Below, one piece after another: positions 31,901 through 41,873 of a stretch of DNA of 64,000 nucleotides; position 1 is the stretch's first letter, and every line of letters begins with the position of its first letter. Location of the stretch: the NCBI GenBank assembly GCA_025800145.1, contig JAOXSH010000004.1:3726-67725 (forward strand). Reading direction: 5' to 3'. Origin of the DNA: Cohaesibacter sp. Its GTDB lineage: Bacteria; Pseudomonadota; Alphaproteobacteria; Rhizobiales; Cohaesibacteraceae. Below the pieces are notes generated by a model. That model did not search any database. It was not told where the DNA came from and saw only the letters and a program-made list of their open reading frames with translations. A program made the translations under genes and the position numbers.

Positions 31901-33752
31901 CTTTGGCAATGGTATGCTTCTGTCAAAGGCAACCAAACTGATTGCCGCCTTCGATCACCGCGATATCTTCATTGATCCCGATCCAGATCCCGCATCAAGC
32001 TGGCAAGAACGCAAGCGCGTCTTTGATCTGGGCCGCTCCTCATGGCGCGATTATAACGAAAAGCTGATCTCCAAAGGCGGTGGCATTTTCTCCCGTGGCG
32101 AAAAATCCATCACCCTGTCCAAAGAAGCACAAACAGCAATTGGGCTGGATCAGGACAAAGCCACCCCGAACGAGATCATGCAGGCCGTCCTCAAAGCACC
32201 GGTTGATTTGCTCTGGTTCGGCGGCATTGGCACCTATTTGCGCGCATCGACCGAGACCAACGCCGATGCCGATGATCGCGCCAATGATGCAATTCGCATC
32301 ACACCGCAAGAGCTGCGCGTCAAGGTGATTGGCGAAGGCGCCAATCTCGGTGTCACCCAAAAAGCCCGCATTGAATTTAACGAGCTGGGCGGTCGCTGTA
32401 ATTCCGATGCCATCGACAATTCAGCAGGCGTTAACAGCTCCGATATGGAAGTCAATATCAAGATTGCCCTTGGTGCAGCCGTGCGCACTGGCAAACTGGA
32501 TATCGAAGCCCGCAATGATTTGCTGGCCTCCATGACAGACAATGTGGCCGATCTGGTCTTGCGAAACAATTATCTGCAAACCTTGTCCATCTCGCTCACC
32601 CAGTTGCGCGGTATGGAAGATTTTGGTTATCAGAAACGCCTCATGGAGCTGCTCGAAGATATGGGCGAACTGGACCGCGAGGTGGAATTCCTTCCAGACA
32701 ATGAAAAACTGGCAGAACATGCCAAAAAGGCCCAGCCGCTTTCTCGTGCCGAAATCGGCGTGTTGCTGGCCTATGCCAAAAACACCCTCTATGATGAATT
32801 GCTGGAAAGCTCCATTCCTGATGAAGATTATATGGATCAGGAACTGGTGCGTTACTTCCCCGATGACATGCAAAAAACCTATGCATTGGAAATTTCCGAG
32901 CATCGCCTGCGTCGGGAAATCATCACAACCGGCATCACCAATTCCATGATCAACCGCGGCGGAGCCACGCTCATTCCGCGCATCAAGGACAAAACCGGGG
33001 CCAGCTCTGCCGATATTGCAAGAGCCTTCATTGCCGTGCGCGACAGTTTCGGTATGCGCACGCTCAATGATGCGATTGATGCATTGGACAATAAAGTCTC
33101 AGGCGACACCCAGCTCTCGCTCTATGCCGAGGTGCAAAAGCTGCTCTTGTCACAAATTCTGTGGTTCATGCGCAATGTCCCCTCAGACATGAGCATTGCC
33201 GATGCCGTCAAACATTATGGTGCAGGCATTGCCAAGGTGACCAAGGAACTGGACAGCCATTTGCCCCCTTATCTGGCCACCAAACTGGAGCGCGAAACCA
33301 AGCGCTTCCTTGATGCTGGCGTGCCAAAAGATCTGGCCAGCCGCATTGCTCATTTGTCGCTGATCTCCCGCATTCCAGATATCATTCTGGTCTCGGACAG
33401 CACAGGCAAATCCTTGTCCAAATCAGCCGCAGCCTATTTCGCTGTTGCCGGTCATTTCAAAATTGGCCGCATCGACGCGCTGGCTTTGGCGCTAGATGTC
33501 TCCGATTATTATGATGCATTGGCGCTCGACCGCGTAAGGGACAATCTGTCTGAAGCCCATAACCAGATGACCGCCAATGTATTGGATCTGGCAACGGCAA
33601 AGAAAGAAGGTCTGGATATCTGGCTTGAACAAAAAGGCGAAGCGATTGAACGCACCATCAAAGCGGTCAATGCCATCATTGATGATGACGATCTAAGCGT
33701 TTCCAAATTTGCTGTGGCAACAGGCATGTTGTCTGATTTGTCAAACAGCTAG
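28926..33752 (+). CDS. Large NAD-specific glutamate dehydrogenase
   Basis: 1608 aa; RGGLRWSDR, KNAVIVPVGSKGGF, VAADKGTATFSD, GEGANLG, DAIDNSAGV. Confidence 0.97.
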   Translation: MTLDLDSDHKKHIANAQKLIEKADPLHQNYLKHLFYQSDKEDLARYSPAELAHVASLSMDTFAKSFDGKHKIHISDPTFKDDADALLNQVTIIELHNANKPFLVDSVMGVLQNAGYDIHLVLHPVITTERDDKQALIALHDRNEAQTNPKLRRESLIHVHISRLADKKAKTELHQALDAILSDVSAVVEDWKAMLLRLEETIAIFKITPPPLPQDDIDETVEFLRWLVNNNFTLLGMREYAINADSDEGELARTDRPGLGVLRNPEVRVLRRGSELVTMTPEIKEFLMRPEPLIITKTNVKTGVHRRAYMDYIGIKLYDDHGTLTGELRIVGLFTSTTYNRSATHIPFLRRKVSQTLDKAAVDPSGHSGKALLNVLEGYPRDELFQIDQDTLLTFSQEILRLHERPRIRVLSRVDKFDRFVSVLVFVPRDRYNTSIRLKIGDFLKDAYDGRLSAVYPDFPDGPLARVHFIIGRSTGKTPTPTRIELEESIQKIVRTWSDGLAEAVRETCSLAKAGQLINLYCDAFSDAYRDTFEPEIAVKDIRIMESMIGDVDTAIQLYRKQEDPKHRIALKIFHSHTPIPLSERVPILENMGFRVIDERSYDIKPVNSDKLFWMHDMELERADGQDIDTTEVQENLQACFLAIWHGEAENDGYNTLVLNANLPWRDITILRTISRYLRQVRIPYSQDYMWGTLNSYPDLSALIVDLFHTRFNPDQKNRVAEATRLTGGIDTALEAVANLDHDRIMRRFVDVIQATLRTNFYQLSEQKTAKPTLALKLNPRTMEEMPEPKPFREIFVYSPRVEGLHLRFGKVARGGLRWSDRPQDFRTEVLGLVKAQQVKNAVIVPVGSKGGFVPKQLPTSGDREAFMAEGIASYKLFISSLLDVTDNLEGQKILPPTKVIRHDEDDPYLVVAADKGTATFSDIANGISEGKEFWLGDAFASGGSAGYDHKKMGITARGGWEAVKRHFREMDRDIQTEPFTTIGVGDMSGDVFGNGMLLSKATKLIAAFDHRDIFIDPDPDPASSWQERKRVFDLGRSSWRDYNEKLISKGGGIFSRGEKSITLSKEAQTAIGLDQDKATPNEIMQAVLKAPVDLLWFGGIGTYLRASTETNADADDRANDAIRITPQELRVKVIGEGANLGVTQKARIEFNELGGRCNSDAIDNSAGVNSSDMEVNIKIALGAAVRTGKLDIEARNDLLASMTDNVADLVLRNNYLQTLSISLTQLRGMEDFGYQKRLMELLEDMGELDREVEFLPDNEKLAEHAKKAQPLSRAEIGVLLAYAKNTLYDELLESSIPDEDYMDQELVRYFPDDMQKTYALEISEHRLRREIITTGITNSMINRGGATLIPRIKDKTGASSADIARAFIAVRDSFGMRTLNDAIDALDNKVSGDTQLSLYAEVQKLLLSQILWFMRNVPSDMSIADAVKHYGAGIAKVTKELDSHLPPYLATKLERETKRFLDAGVPKDLASRIAHLSLISRIPDIILVSDSTGKSLSKSAAAYFAVAGHFKIGRIDALALALDVSDYYDALALDRVRDNLSEAHNQMTANVLDLATAKKEGLDIWLEQKGEAIERTIKAVNAIIDDDDLSVSKFAVATGMLSDLSNS

Positions 33753-33853
33753 AGCATATTTGTTGAAAAGTGTGTGCGGTTTTCGGACAAAAATATGCTT
33801 AGAAACAAAGGCTAGAGCATTTTGAATAACGACATGTTTATTCAAAATGCTCT
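33749..33853. repeat. CTAG-bounded double-hairpin interspersed repeat, copy 2
   Basis: CTAGAGCATATTTGTTGAAAAGTGTGTGCGG...ATTCAAAATGCTCT; a few substitutions versus copy 1. Confidence 0.9.
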
Positions 33854-33875
33854 CATCGGAAAATATCAGCAAAAA

Positions 33876-33930
33876 GAAAAACGCGCCTGTCTTTTGTCAA
33901 CGCGCCTGTCTTTTGTCAGGCGCGTTTTTT
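33876..33930 (+). terminator. GDH terminator with internal 19-bp tandem duplication
   Basis: AAAAACGCGCCTG..CAGGCGCGTTTTTT with ACGCGCCTGTCTTTTGTCA present twice (33881, 33900). Confidence 0.7.
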
Positions 33931-33970
33931 GCATTTTGAGTACCTATGAGCCTTGGCATAAAATCAAAAG

Positions 33971-33986
33971 TTAAATCTGCCTTAAC
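33971..33986 (+). promoter_or_regulatory. CtrA box
   Basis: TTAA-ATCTGCC-TTAAC(CAT), exact TTAA-N7-TTAAC consensus, about 80 bp upstream of the aminotransferase-ftsK unit. Confidence 0.7.
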
Positions 33987-34063
33987 CATGCCGAAGCTAC
34001 ACTTGGCCGACTCTGTTCGAATTCGGTCATATCTCTCATCCAGCCAAGGGCAATCAACATATT

Positions 34064-35317
34064 ATGCAACAAGAGCGCTCCCCTTTCCAACAATTGGCAG
34101 ATTTGCTAGCAGGAAAAGACCCCGGCCTGTCTGCGCTTGATTTGACCTTGGGAGAGCCAAAACATGCCATGCCCTCTTTCATTCAAGCTGTGATTGATGA
34201 ATATGCCACCGATTTTCGCCGCTATCCCCCTATCCGTGGCACAGAGGATTTCCGAAACGCGGTCGCGCACTGGATTGCACAGCGTTATCAAACCGGCCCA
34301 TTGATAAGCGCCGAAAAACACATTCTGCCCTTAAATGGCACCCGCGAAGGATTGTTTCATGCCGCCATTGGTGCACGGGACTGGGCACAAGACAAGCCCG
34401 GGAAAGACACGAACAATCCAGCCATTTTGCTGCCCAATCCCTTCTATCATGCTTATGCAGCAGGCGCTCATGCCATGGGAGCTGAGGCCGTTTATCTGAA
34501 CGGCACCAAAGACAGCAATCATTTGCCTGATCTGAAAGCTTTGGCCAAGCAAACAGAACTTTTGGACCGAACCATCGCTTTTTATTATGCCTCTCCCGCC
34601 AACCCGCAAGGCACCGCTGCCACTCTTGCAGACTGGCAACACCTCCTCACATTGGCCCGCAAACATCATTTCATGATTTTTGCCGATGAATGCTATTCAG
34701 AAATTTACCGCGAGACGCCACCGACGGGCATTTTAGAGGCCTGCAAGGACGATCTATCCAACATTGTCACCTTTCATTCCTTATCCAAACGCTCCAATCT
34801 GGCAGGACTGCGCTGTGGCTTTGCCGCAGGCGACGAGGCCTTTCTGAGCCAATGGACCAAATATCGCAATATGGCAGCCCCTCAAGTGCCATTGCCTTTG
34901 TTGGCCGCCGCAGCAGCAGCCTATCGCGATGAAGCCCATGTCGAAGAAAATCGCCACCTCTATAACGAAAAATATGAGCAGGCCAGCCAAATTTTGAGCA
35001 CAGATTTCACCTATCAGCGCCCTGAAGGCGGCTTTTTTCTCTGGTTAGATATCAGACAATTCGGTTCCGATATCGCCGTCACTGAAAAACTTTGGAAAGA
35101 GGTGGGGGTCAAAGTCATTCCCGGCTCTTTCTTAGCACGAAAAGATGCACAAGGCATCAATCCGGGGGAGCATTTCATCCGTTTGGCCCTTGTTGCTCCC
35201 TTGCAAGAAACCAGCATGGCATTAACACGCCTGAAACATTGTCTGATCGAAAATAAAACATCTGCACATGAAAGACAAACATCTACCATAGGGTGTGGCA
35301 GAACAAAAGACATCTGA
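34064..35317 (+). CDS. Class I/II PLP aminotransferase (DapC-like)
   Basis: [36 protein letters not shown]. Confidence 0.9.
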   Translation: MQQERSPFQQLADLLAGKDPGLSALDLTLGEPKHAMPSFIQAVIDEYATDFRRYPPIRGTEDFRNAVAHWIAQRYQTGPLISAEKHILPLNGTREGLFHAAIGARDWAQDKPGKDTNNPAILLPNPFYHAYAAGAHAMGAEAVYLNGTKDSNHLPDLKALAKQTELLDRTIAFYYASPANPQGTAATLADWQHLLTLARKHHFMIFADECYSEIYRETPPTGILEACKDDLSNIVTFHSLSKRSNLAGLRCGFAAGDEAFLSQWTKYRNMAAPQVPLPLLAAAAAAYRDEAHVEENRHLYNEKYEQASQILSTDFTYQRPEGGFFLWLDIRQFGSDIAVTEKLWKEVGVKVIPGSFLARKDAQGINPGEHFIRLALVAPLQETSMALTRLKHCLIENKTSAHERQTSTIGCGRTKDI

Positions 35318-38300
35318 GAGGGAGGGTGGGATCTCCCGATTGAGAAAAGACGACGAGAAACCATTGAGACTGAGTGATATGTCTGCAACGCAACCATTTG
35401 AAACCGTGTATAAGGACCGGGATAGCGCTCTGCGCCGGGCTTTGCGTCGCAATGCGTTTGCCGCAACCGGCCTGTTGGGTCTGGCTTTATGTGCTGCAAT
35501 TGCTGCAGCGCTCGCAACTTGGCATGTCGCAGACCCCTCCTTTTCCAACGCCACGCAAAATACCCCAAGAAACTTTATGGGCTTGCCCGGCGCAATGATA
35601 TCTGACTTGATGATCCAGACCTTTGGTCTGGCCGCGGCCTTCCTCTTGGTGGCTCCCGTCATCTGGTTCTGGCGCTTGGTCCGCATCCATCCCATGCGCA
35701 TCACACGAATGCGTGGCCTGGCCTGGCTTGGTGGTCTGGCGGCCATTGCCATTGCCTTTTCCACCATCCCGGCTCCCTCAAGCTGGCCTTTACCCATCAG
35801 TTTGGGCGGCATCATTGGCGATGGTTTCCTTGCGCTCATCTCGATGATTGATCCGCATTTCATCAATGGTCTTGGTGCCATTTTGCTCGGCACTGGCTTC
35901 TGTGCGGTTGGCCTTTTGCTGCTGCTCAATTCCATCGACACGACATGGCAGCAAATTCTGTCCCGCCGACGCGCCCCGGTTCATATCATGGACGAGGATG
36001 AACCCTATCATGAAGCAGAGCAAGACGATTACGAGACTGATTTTACCGACGAGCAATATGACGATCCTGCCTATGACGAACAGGCGCATATGCAATCAGG
36101 CCCCGTCTTGGACCGCACCCAAAACAAACCTAAAAAGCTTGGATTCTTCGCAATAATCCGTGGAGCATTAGGGCATTGGCGACTGGCGCGAAAGGCGCAG
36201 CGCAATCGCACCCCCATACAAGCCCACCCAATGCAAGAGCAATCTGCGCACGCTCAACAGGGCACGATGCCGGGTCAATTTGGCCAGCAATCCTTCGAGC
36301 ATCAACCAAATTACGACCATTCTCAGGCACCGCACCTATCAGCGGCCCAGCCAAAACCGCGCCCCGGATTATGGAGCAGCATCAAGGCCCATCTGGCAGG
36401 CGATGAAGAGGATGGACTGGACGCGCTTGCCAATCGGCAAGATCCCTATATGGCACCGATGCCCCATTCTCAGCATCAAGCCCAGCCTCACATGATGGGA
36501 CAAATGCCAAATCAGAGCTATGCCATGCAACATATTCCCCATGGTAATATGAAAGCGGGTATCAATGCAATGCAAAGGGATCAGGCCGCAATGGGCCATG
36601 AGCAGAATCATGGCCAGAATCATGGCCAGCACGATATCTTTGGGGGAGATCGCAATCCAGCCGCTTATGAAAGCTATGATCCCACTTATGATTCTTATGA
36701 GCAAGAGCAGGGCCAGCCCCATATGGACGCCCCATATGATCACGATGATATGTCTCATGAGACCGCCCCATGGGAGATGAACGAGACGGCAAATGCAGGC
36801 CTTGTTGGTATGGCACCGCCAGACGAGATCCATCGCCAGCCACACGCACCGGTTCAACATGCTGCCACCAATGAGCAAGTGCAGGCCAAAACCATGCGCG
36901 AAGGCGTTGGCAAGCGCATGGTGCGCGCTGCCAAAAGCAACACATTCATCCGCAAGCAGGAATTTCAATTCCCCTCAATTTCCTTTTTGGAAGAGCCCAA
37001 AAGCCTTGGCCCCAATGCTGGCCTAACCGCAGACCAGCTGGAACATAATGCTCGCCTTCTGGAAGGGGTTTTGTCCGATTTTGGCATTCGCGGCGAAATC
37101 ATCAAAGTTCGCCCCGGCCCCGTTGTCACTCTTTATGAGCTGGAACCGGCCCCGGGTATCAAATCCTCGCGCGTCATTGGTCTGGCCGATGATATTGCTC
37201 GCTCCATGAGTGCCATTTCCGCCCGTGTTGCCGTTGTACCGGGCCGCAATGCCATTGGCATCGAATTACCCAATGCCCGCCGCGAAACCGTTTATTTGCG
37301 CGAATTGCTCTCCAGCAGTGATTTTGAAAAATCCAAAGCCAAATTGCCCATCTGTATGGGAAAAAGCATTGGCGGCGATCCGGTCATTGCCGATTTGGCC
37401 CGTATGCCCCACGTTTTGGTGGCCGGTACCACCGGCTCCGGTAAATCGGTTTCGATCAACACCACCATCATGTCCCTGCTCTATCGCCATACGCCAGAGC
37501 AATGCCGCCTGATCATGATCGACCCCAAAATGCTGGAATTGTCCATCTATGATGGCATTCCGCATTTGCTGACACCAGTCGTCACCGACCCGTCCAAAGC
37601 CGTTGTTGCTCTGAAATGGGCCGTGCGCGAAATGGAACAGCGCTACAAAAACATGTCCAAAATGGGCGTGCGCAACATTGACGGTTTCAACAATCGTGTA
37701 CGCCAGTCTTTGGCCAAAGGCGAAGCGGTCACCCGCACCGTTCAAACAGGCTTTGATCCAGAAACAGGCGATCCGATTTACGAACAGGAAGAACTCAATC
37801 TCGAGCCAATGCCATATATCGTCATCATTGTCGACGAAATGGCCGATCTGATGATGGTCGCAGGCAAGGATATCGAAGGCGCCATCCAGCGGCTGGCCCA
37901 GATGGCCCGTGCCGCAGGCATCCATTTGATCATGGCAACCCAGCGTCCATCGGTCGATGTGATCACAGGCACGATCAAGGCCAATTTCCCGACCCGTATG
38001 TCCTTTCAGGTGACATCGAAAATCGATTCGCGCACCATTTTAGGCGAAATGGGCGCAGAACAATTGCTTGGGATGGGCGATATGCTCTATATGGCTGGCG
38101 GCGGTCGCACCCAGCGCGTTCATGGCCCCTTTGTCGCCGACGAAGAGGTCGAAGAAATTGTCAAACATCTGAAATTGCAGGGCGTGCCGGATTATCTGGA
38201 AGCCGTGACAGAAGAAACAGAAGAAGAGCAAGCCAACGCTGGCGGATCCGGCTCTGCCAGCGGCGGCGACGAAGGTTCGCTTTATGACAAGGCCGTTGAT

Positions 38301-38474
38301 ATCGTCTTGCGCGATCGCAAAGCCTCCACCTCTTACATCCAGCGCCGCCTGTCCATTGGCTATAACCGGGCCGCAACCCTGATTGAGCAAATGGAGCAAG
38401 AAGGCGTCATCAGCCCGGCCAACCATGCAGGCAAACGCGAAATTCTGGTGCCAGAAGAAGGGGCAACCATGTAA
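35295..38474 (+). CDS. ftsK: DNA translocase FtsK
   Basis: N-terminal TM domain, long low-complexity linker, [22 protein letters not shown], gamma domain [12 protein letters not shown]; GTG start uncertain. Confidence 0.96.
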   Translation: MAEQKTSEREGGISRLRKDDEKPLRLSDMSATQPFETVYKDRDSALRRALRRNAFAATGLLGLALCAAIAAALATWHVADPSFSNATQNTPRNFMGLPGAMISDLMIQTFGLAAAFLLVAPVIWFWRLVRIHPMRITRMRGLAWLGGLAAIAIAFSTIPAPSSWPLPISLGGIIGDGFLALISMIDPHFINGLGAILLGTGFCAVGLLLLLNSIDTTWQQILSRRRAPVHIMDEDEPYHEAEQDDYETDFTDEQYDDPAYDEQAHMQSGPVLDRTQNKPKKLGFFAIIRGALGHWRLARKAQRNRTPIQAHPMQEQSAHAQQGTMPGQFGQQSFEHQPNYDHSQAPHLSAAQPKPRPGLWSSIKAHLAGDEEDGLDALANRQDPYMAPMPHSQHQAQPHMMGQMPNQSYAMQHIPHGNMKAGINAMQRDQAAMGHEQNHGQNHGQHDIFGGDRNPAAYESYDPTYDSYEQEQGQPHMDAPYDHDDMSHETAPWEMNETANAGLVGMAPPDEIHRQPHAPVQHAATNEQVQAKTMREGVGKRMVRAAKSNTFIRKQEFQFPSISFLEEPKSLGPNAGLTADQLEHNARLLEGVLSDFGIRGEIIKVRPGPVVTLYELEPAPGIKSSRVIGLADDIARSMSAISARVAVVPGRNAIGIELPNARRETVYLRELLSSSDFEKSKAKLPICMGKSIGGDPVIADLARMPHVLVAGTTGSGKSVSINTTIMSLLYRHTPEQCRLIMIDPKMLELSIYDGIPHLLTPVVTDPSKAVVALKWAVREMEQRYKNMSKMGVRNIDGFNNRVRQSLAKGEAVTRTVQTGFDPETGDPIYEQEELNLEPMPYIVIIVDEMADLMMVAGKDIEGAIQRLAQMARAAGIHLIMATQRPSVDVITGTIKANFPTRMSFQVTSKIDSRTILGEMGAEQLLGMGDMLYMAGGGRTQRVHGPFVADEEVEEIVKHLKLQGVPDYLEAVTEETEEEQANAGGSGSASGGDEGSLYDKAVDIVLRDRKASTSYIQRRLSIGYNRAATLIEQMEQEGVISPANHAGKREILVPEEGATM

Positions 38475-38661
38475 GCGCCCCACATATGCCAGCAAAAAGA
38501 GGCTGTACATAATCCGCAAGAAAACCGCATTTCTTCCTGTTTTTGGCCGCATTGATCGAATAGGACATAAAAATAGCACAGGCTGATATGCAGTCTTTGT
38601 CACACGCTGTTTATATCACTTCTCGCAAGGTGCCCATTCATATAGCAACAAGGAACGCCCA

Positions 38662-39315
38662 TTGATGTTTCGCTCTCACATGTCCCGCCGTTCAATGCTT
38701 GGCCTGACTATTGCAGCCCTCTTTGCTCTGACTGTGTCAATCACATCCCCTGTCAAAGCCATGACACAAGACGTGAAAAACGCGCTGAATGTGATTTCCA
38801 AGGCTTTCAACGCCAACACCACCATGAATGGGGAATTCATTCAAACCGCCCCCAATGGCGATACCTTGCAAGGCTATTTCTTCATTCAGCGTCCGGGCAA
38901 AATCCGCTTCTATTATTCAGCCCCCTCCTTCACCGACATCATTGCCGATGGAAAAACCCTTTCCATCGAAGATCGAAAGCTGAAAACACAAGATATCTAT
39001 CCCCTGTCCAAAACGCCCCTCAAGGTGCTTCTGTCCGAAACACTGGATTTGGCCAATGACAAACGGGTTAGAAATGTCGATCTGTCCGATGATATCATCT
39101 CGGTGGTGGTTGAGCAGGAAAGCCTGTTTGGCGATGGCACCCTAACCCTGATTTTCGAGCGCGAAAGCAGCCTCTTGCGTCAATGGACCATCCGCGACGC
39201 CCAAGGCTATGACACCACGGTCACCGTCTTTAACATCGAAACCGGCAAACCGATCAAACAATCCCTGTTCAAGATCAAACGCGACTTGATGAAAGAACGC
39301 CGGGAAGAGAATTAG
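38662..39315 (+). CDS. lolA: Outer-membrane lipoprotein chaperone LolA family
   Basis: Signal peptide; GEFIQ, QRPGKIRF, LRQWTIRDAQG; follows ftsK. Confidence 0.88.
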   Translation: MMFRSHMSRRSMLGLTIAALFALTVSITSPVKAMTQDVKNALNVISKAFNANTTMNGEFIQTAPNGDTLQGYFFIQRPGKIRFYYSAPSFTDIIADGKTLSIEDRKLKTQDIYPLSKTPLKVLLSETLDLANDKRVRNVDLSDDIISVVVEQESLFGDGTLTLIFERESSLLRQWTIRDAQGYDTTVTVFNIETGKPIKQSLFKIKRDLMKERREEN

Positions 39316-39342
39316 GCTCAAGACCCATACCCAAAATTAGAC

Positions 39343-39373
39343 AAGGCGCTTCTTATAAAGAAGCGCCTTTTTT
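39343..39373 (+). terminator. Intrinsic terminator after lolA
   Basis: AAGGCGCTTCTT-ATA-AAGAAGCGCCTTTTTT. Confidence 0.8.
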
Positions 39374-39467
39374 GTCTTTTATCTCTGGATATCCCAACCA
39401 TGCGCGCTACATTGACGAAGATGATTCGTACATCGCAACACTGATCCTAAGATGATGGAGCGACCCC

Positions 39468-40286
39468 GTGACCCTAAGCCTTGCAACCTGGAACATCAAT
39501 TCTGTGCGCTCCCGCATCAAGCTTGTCGAACAGTTTGAAAGCGACCGCGCGCCCGATATTCTGTGCTTGCAAGAAACCAAATGCATGAATGATCAATTTC
39601 CCTCTGCGGCCCTGAAAAAACTGGGATATGAGTATTTGGCAATCAATGGTCAAAAAAGCTATCACGGCGTCGCAACCCTCTCGCGTGTGCCTTTCCTTGA
39701 TGTAGAAGTGCGTGAATTTTGTAACAAGGGCGACGCTCGCCACATCGCAGTCACCATAGACAGCGACAAGGGGCCGATCAAAATCCATAATTTCTATGTC
39801 CCGGCAGGAGGTGACATTCCAAACCCGGACGAGAATGACAAATTCCGCCACAAGCTGGATTTTCTGGACGAGATGACGGACTGGTTGCAGGGCGAAGAAA
39901 CCAATCGCAATGCCATATTGGTCGGGGATTTGAACATTGCCCCCCATGAAAATGATGTCTGGTCCCACAAACAATTGCTCAAGGTCGTAAGCCATACCCC
40001 GATTGAGGTGGAGCGGCTGGATCAGGTCCAAAAAGCAGGCAAATGGGTCGATGCGGTCCGTGCCCATATCCCCACCAGCCAGCGCCTTTACAGCTGGTGG
40101 TCCTATCGCTCGCCCAATTGGGAAAAGTCCGATAAAGGCCGCCGCCTCGATCATATTTGGGCAACCCCCCATATTGCTGATCAGGTGAGCGCCATTGAAA
40201 TCTATAAAACGGCCCGCGGTTGGGAGAAACCTTCTGACCATGCGCCTATCCTTGCCAAGCTGGATGTGGAATGGCGCAATCTTTAG
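39468..40286 (+). CDS. xth: Exodeoxyribonuclease III
   Basis: ATWNINS, LCLQETK, GDLNIAP, RLDHIW, SDHAP. Confidence 0.96.
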   Translation: MTLSLATWNINSVRSRIKLVEQFESDRAPDILCLQETKCMNDQFPSAALKKLGYEYLAINGQKSYHGVATLSRVPFLDVEVREFCNKGDARHIAVTIDSDKGPIKIHNFYVPAGGDIPNPDENDKFRHKLDFLDEMTDWLQGEETNRNAILVGDLNIAPHENDVWSHKQLLKVVSHTPIEVERLDQVQKAGKWVDAVRAHIPTSQRLYSWWSYRSPNWEKSDKGRRLDHIWATPHIADQVSAIEIYKTARGWEKPSDHAPILAKLDVEWRNL

Positions 40287-40363
40287 CCAAAAGCAAAGAT
40301 CATGCAAAAATCTCTCGCCTCAAGGCTTGAACCAGACCCAACACTATGGTCTAAGGCGCGGCT

Positions 40364-41707
40364 ATGACCAATTCACTATCCTTTTCGTCCCGTAAAGCCG
40401 GTATGGCCGCCCGCGAGGGGGCCCTGCGTCTGACTCACGCGGTTTTATCAGAAAAAAAACTGCTTGATGAAGCCTATCAGGCAGAAATCGAAACCGGCCC
40501 TTTGCGCAAATTGCCCGGCAATGACCGGGCATTTGCCAAACGCATGGTCATCACCCTGCTGCAACATCTGGGCGAAATTGATAGCATCCTGGCAATGTTT
40601 ATGGAGCGCGGCATCCCTAAAAAATCCGGCCCCTTGCGCAACATCCTGCGCCTTGGCGTGGCTGAATTGCTGTTCTTAAATGTACCCTCCCATGCCGTGG
40701 TCGACAGCGCTGTCAGCCATTTTCGCACATGGCGCAAATATGCAGGCTTCAAAGGCCTGACCAATGCCGTCTTACGGCAGGTCAGCCAAAAAGGCGCAGA
40801 ATGTTTAAAGGACATTGATGCCGCCAAAGCCAATTTGCCGGTCTGGCTCTATGAGGACTGGATCAAATCTTACGGCAAAGAAGCCGTCGAGCACATGATG
40901 GACGTGTGCAACGCACCAACCACACCTCTGGATCTCAGCGTCAAGGCCCATGATACAAAAACACAAGACATAGCAAGCCAATTAGAAGGCCAATGGCTAC
41001 CAACAGGCAGCTTGCGCCTTGCCACCCATGGCAAAGTCGATGAATTGGCAGGATTTGAGGACGGTCTGTGGTGGGTGCAGGACACAGCAGCTAGCCTGCC
41101 AGTTAAAATGCTGGGCGATGTCAACAATCTGGACGTGCTGGATTTATGCGCCGCTCCGGGCGGTAAAACCATGCAATTGGCAGCCCTTGGCGCAAAAGTC
41201 ACAGCCCTGGATCTGTCCGGCAAACGCCTGCAACGCATCCAGAAAAATCTCGACCGAACCGGCCTTGAGGCAACCTTGATACAGGGCGATGCCCTCAAAC
41301 AAAAATTTCAAACCAAATTCCCGGCCATTTTACTCGATGCCCCTTGTTCGGCAACCGGCACCATGCGCCGCCATCCTGAACTCATTCACCAGCGAAACGC
41401 CGCAGACATTGCCCATTTTGCCAAAATTCAGGCAAGAATGCTCCGTCATGCCGCCAATCTGCTGGAAGACAATGGCTGTCTGGTTTTCTGCACCTGCTCT
41501 TTGCAACAGGCAGAAGGCCCCGATCTGGTCGCCAATTTTCTGATGGAATATCCAGACTTTAGCATTGATCCCATAGAGGCCGAACAGAATCCAGAGCTGG
41601 CCGCTTTCATTCAAGGCGATGGTTCGATCCGCACCCGGCCTGACCAGATGGCAGAGTTAGGCGGGCTGGATGGCTTTTATGCAATCCGTTTTCGTAAATG
41701 TACGTAA
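40364..41707 (+). CDS. RsmB/NOP-family RNA m5C methyltransferase with NusB-like domain
   Basis: DLCAAPGGKT, LDAPCSATGT, CTCSL. Confidence 0.92.
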   Translation: MTNSLSFSSRKAGMAAREGALRLTHAVLSEKKLLDEAYQAEIETGPLRKLPGNDRAFAKRMVITLLQHLGEIDSILAMFMERGIPKKSGPLRNILRLGVAELLFLNVPSHAVVDSAVSHFRTWRKYAGFKGLTNAVLRQVSQKGAECLKDIDAAKANLPVWLYEDWIKSYGKEAVEHMMDVCNAPTTPLDLSVKAHDTKTQDIASQLEGQWLPTGSLRLATHGKVDELAGFEDGLWWVQDTAASLPVKMLGDVNNLDVLDLCAAPGGKTMQLAALGAKVTALDLSGKRLQRIQKNLDRTGLEATLIQGDALKQKFQTKFPAILLDAPCSATGTMRRHPELIHQRNAADIAHFAKIQARMLRHAANLLEDNGCLVFCTCSLQQAEGPDLVANFLMEYPDFSIDPIEAEQNPELAAFIQGDGSIRTRPDQMAELGGLDGFYAIRFRKCT

Positions 41708-41873
41708 CAACGGCAAAATCAGAGGTTTGTTAACCCTATTTTGATAGAGTGCAAACCGAAAACTAACCATTTTTCAAAGAAAGCAAGCATCATTTTCACG
41801 CCTAAAAAGGCGGGTTTGACTGGACTTATGCCCTGATCAAACAAACGAAAGTGACAGCAAGGATAAGTTAAGA

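Noticed and set aside
26622-33853. Possibility that the palindromic repeats are CRISPR repeats
   Set aside because: Dispersed copies kilobases apart, no repeat-spacer array and no cas genes.
38662-38720. SRRSML near-Tat motif in the LolA signal peptide
   Set aside because: Lacks the Phe of the S/T-R-R-x-F-L-K consensus; cannot be told apart from a Sec signal by eye.
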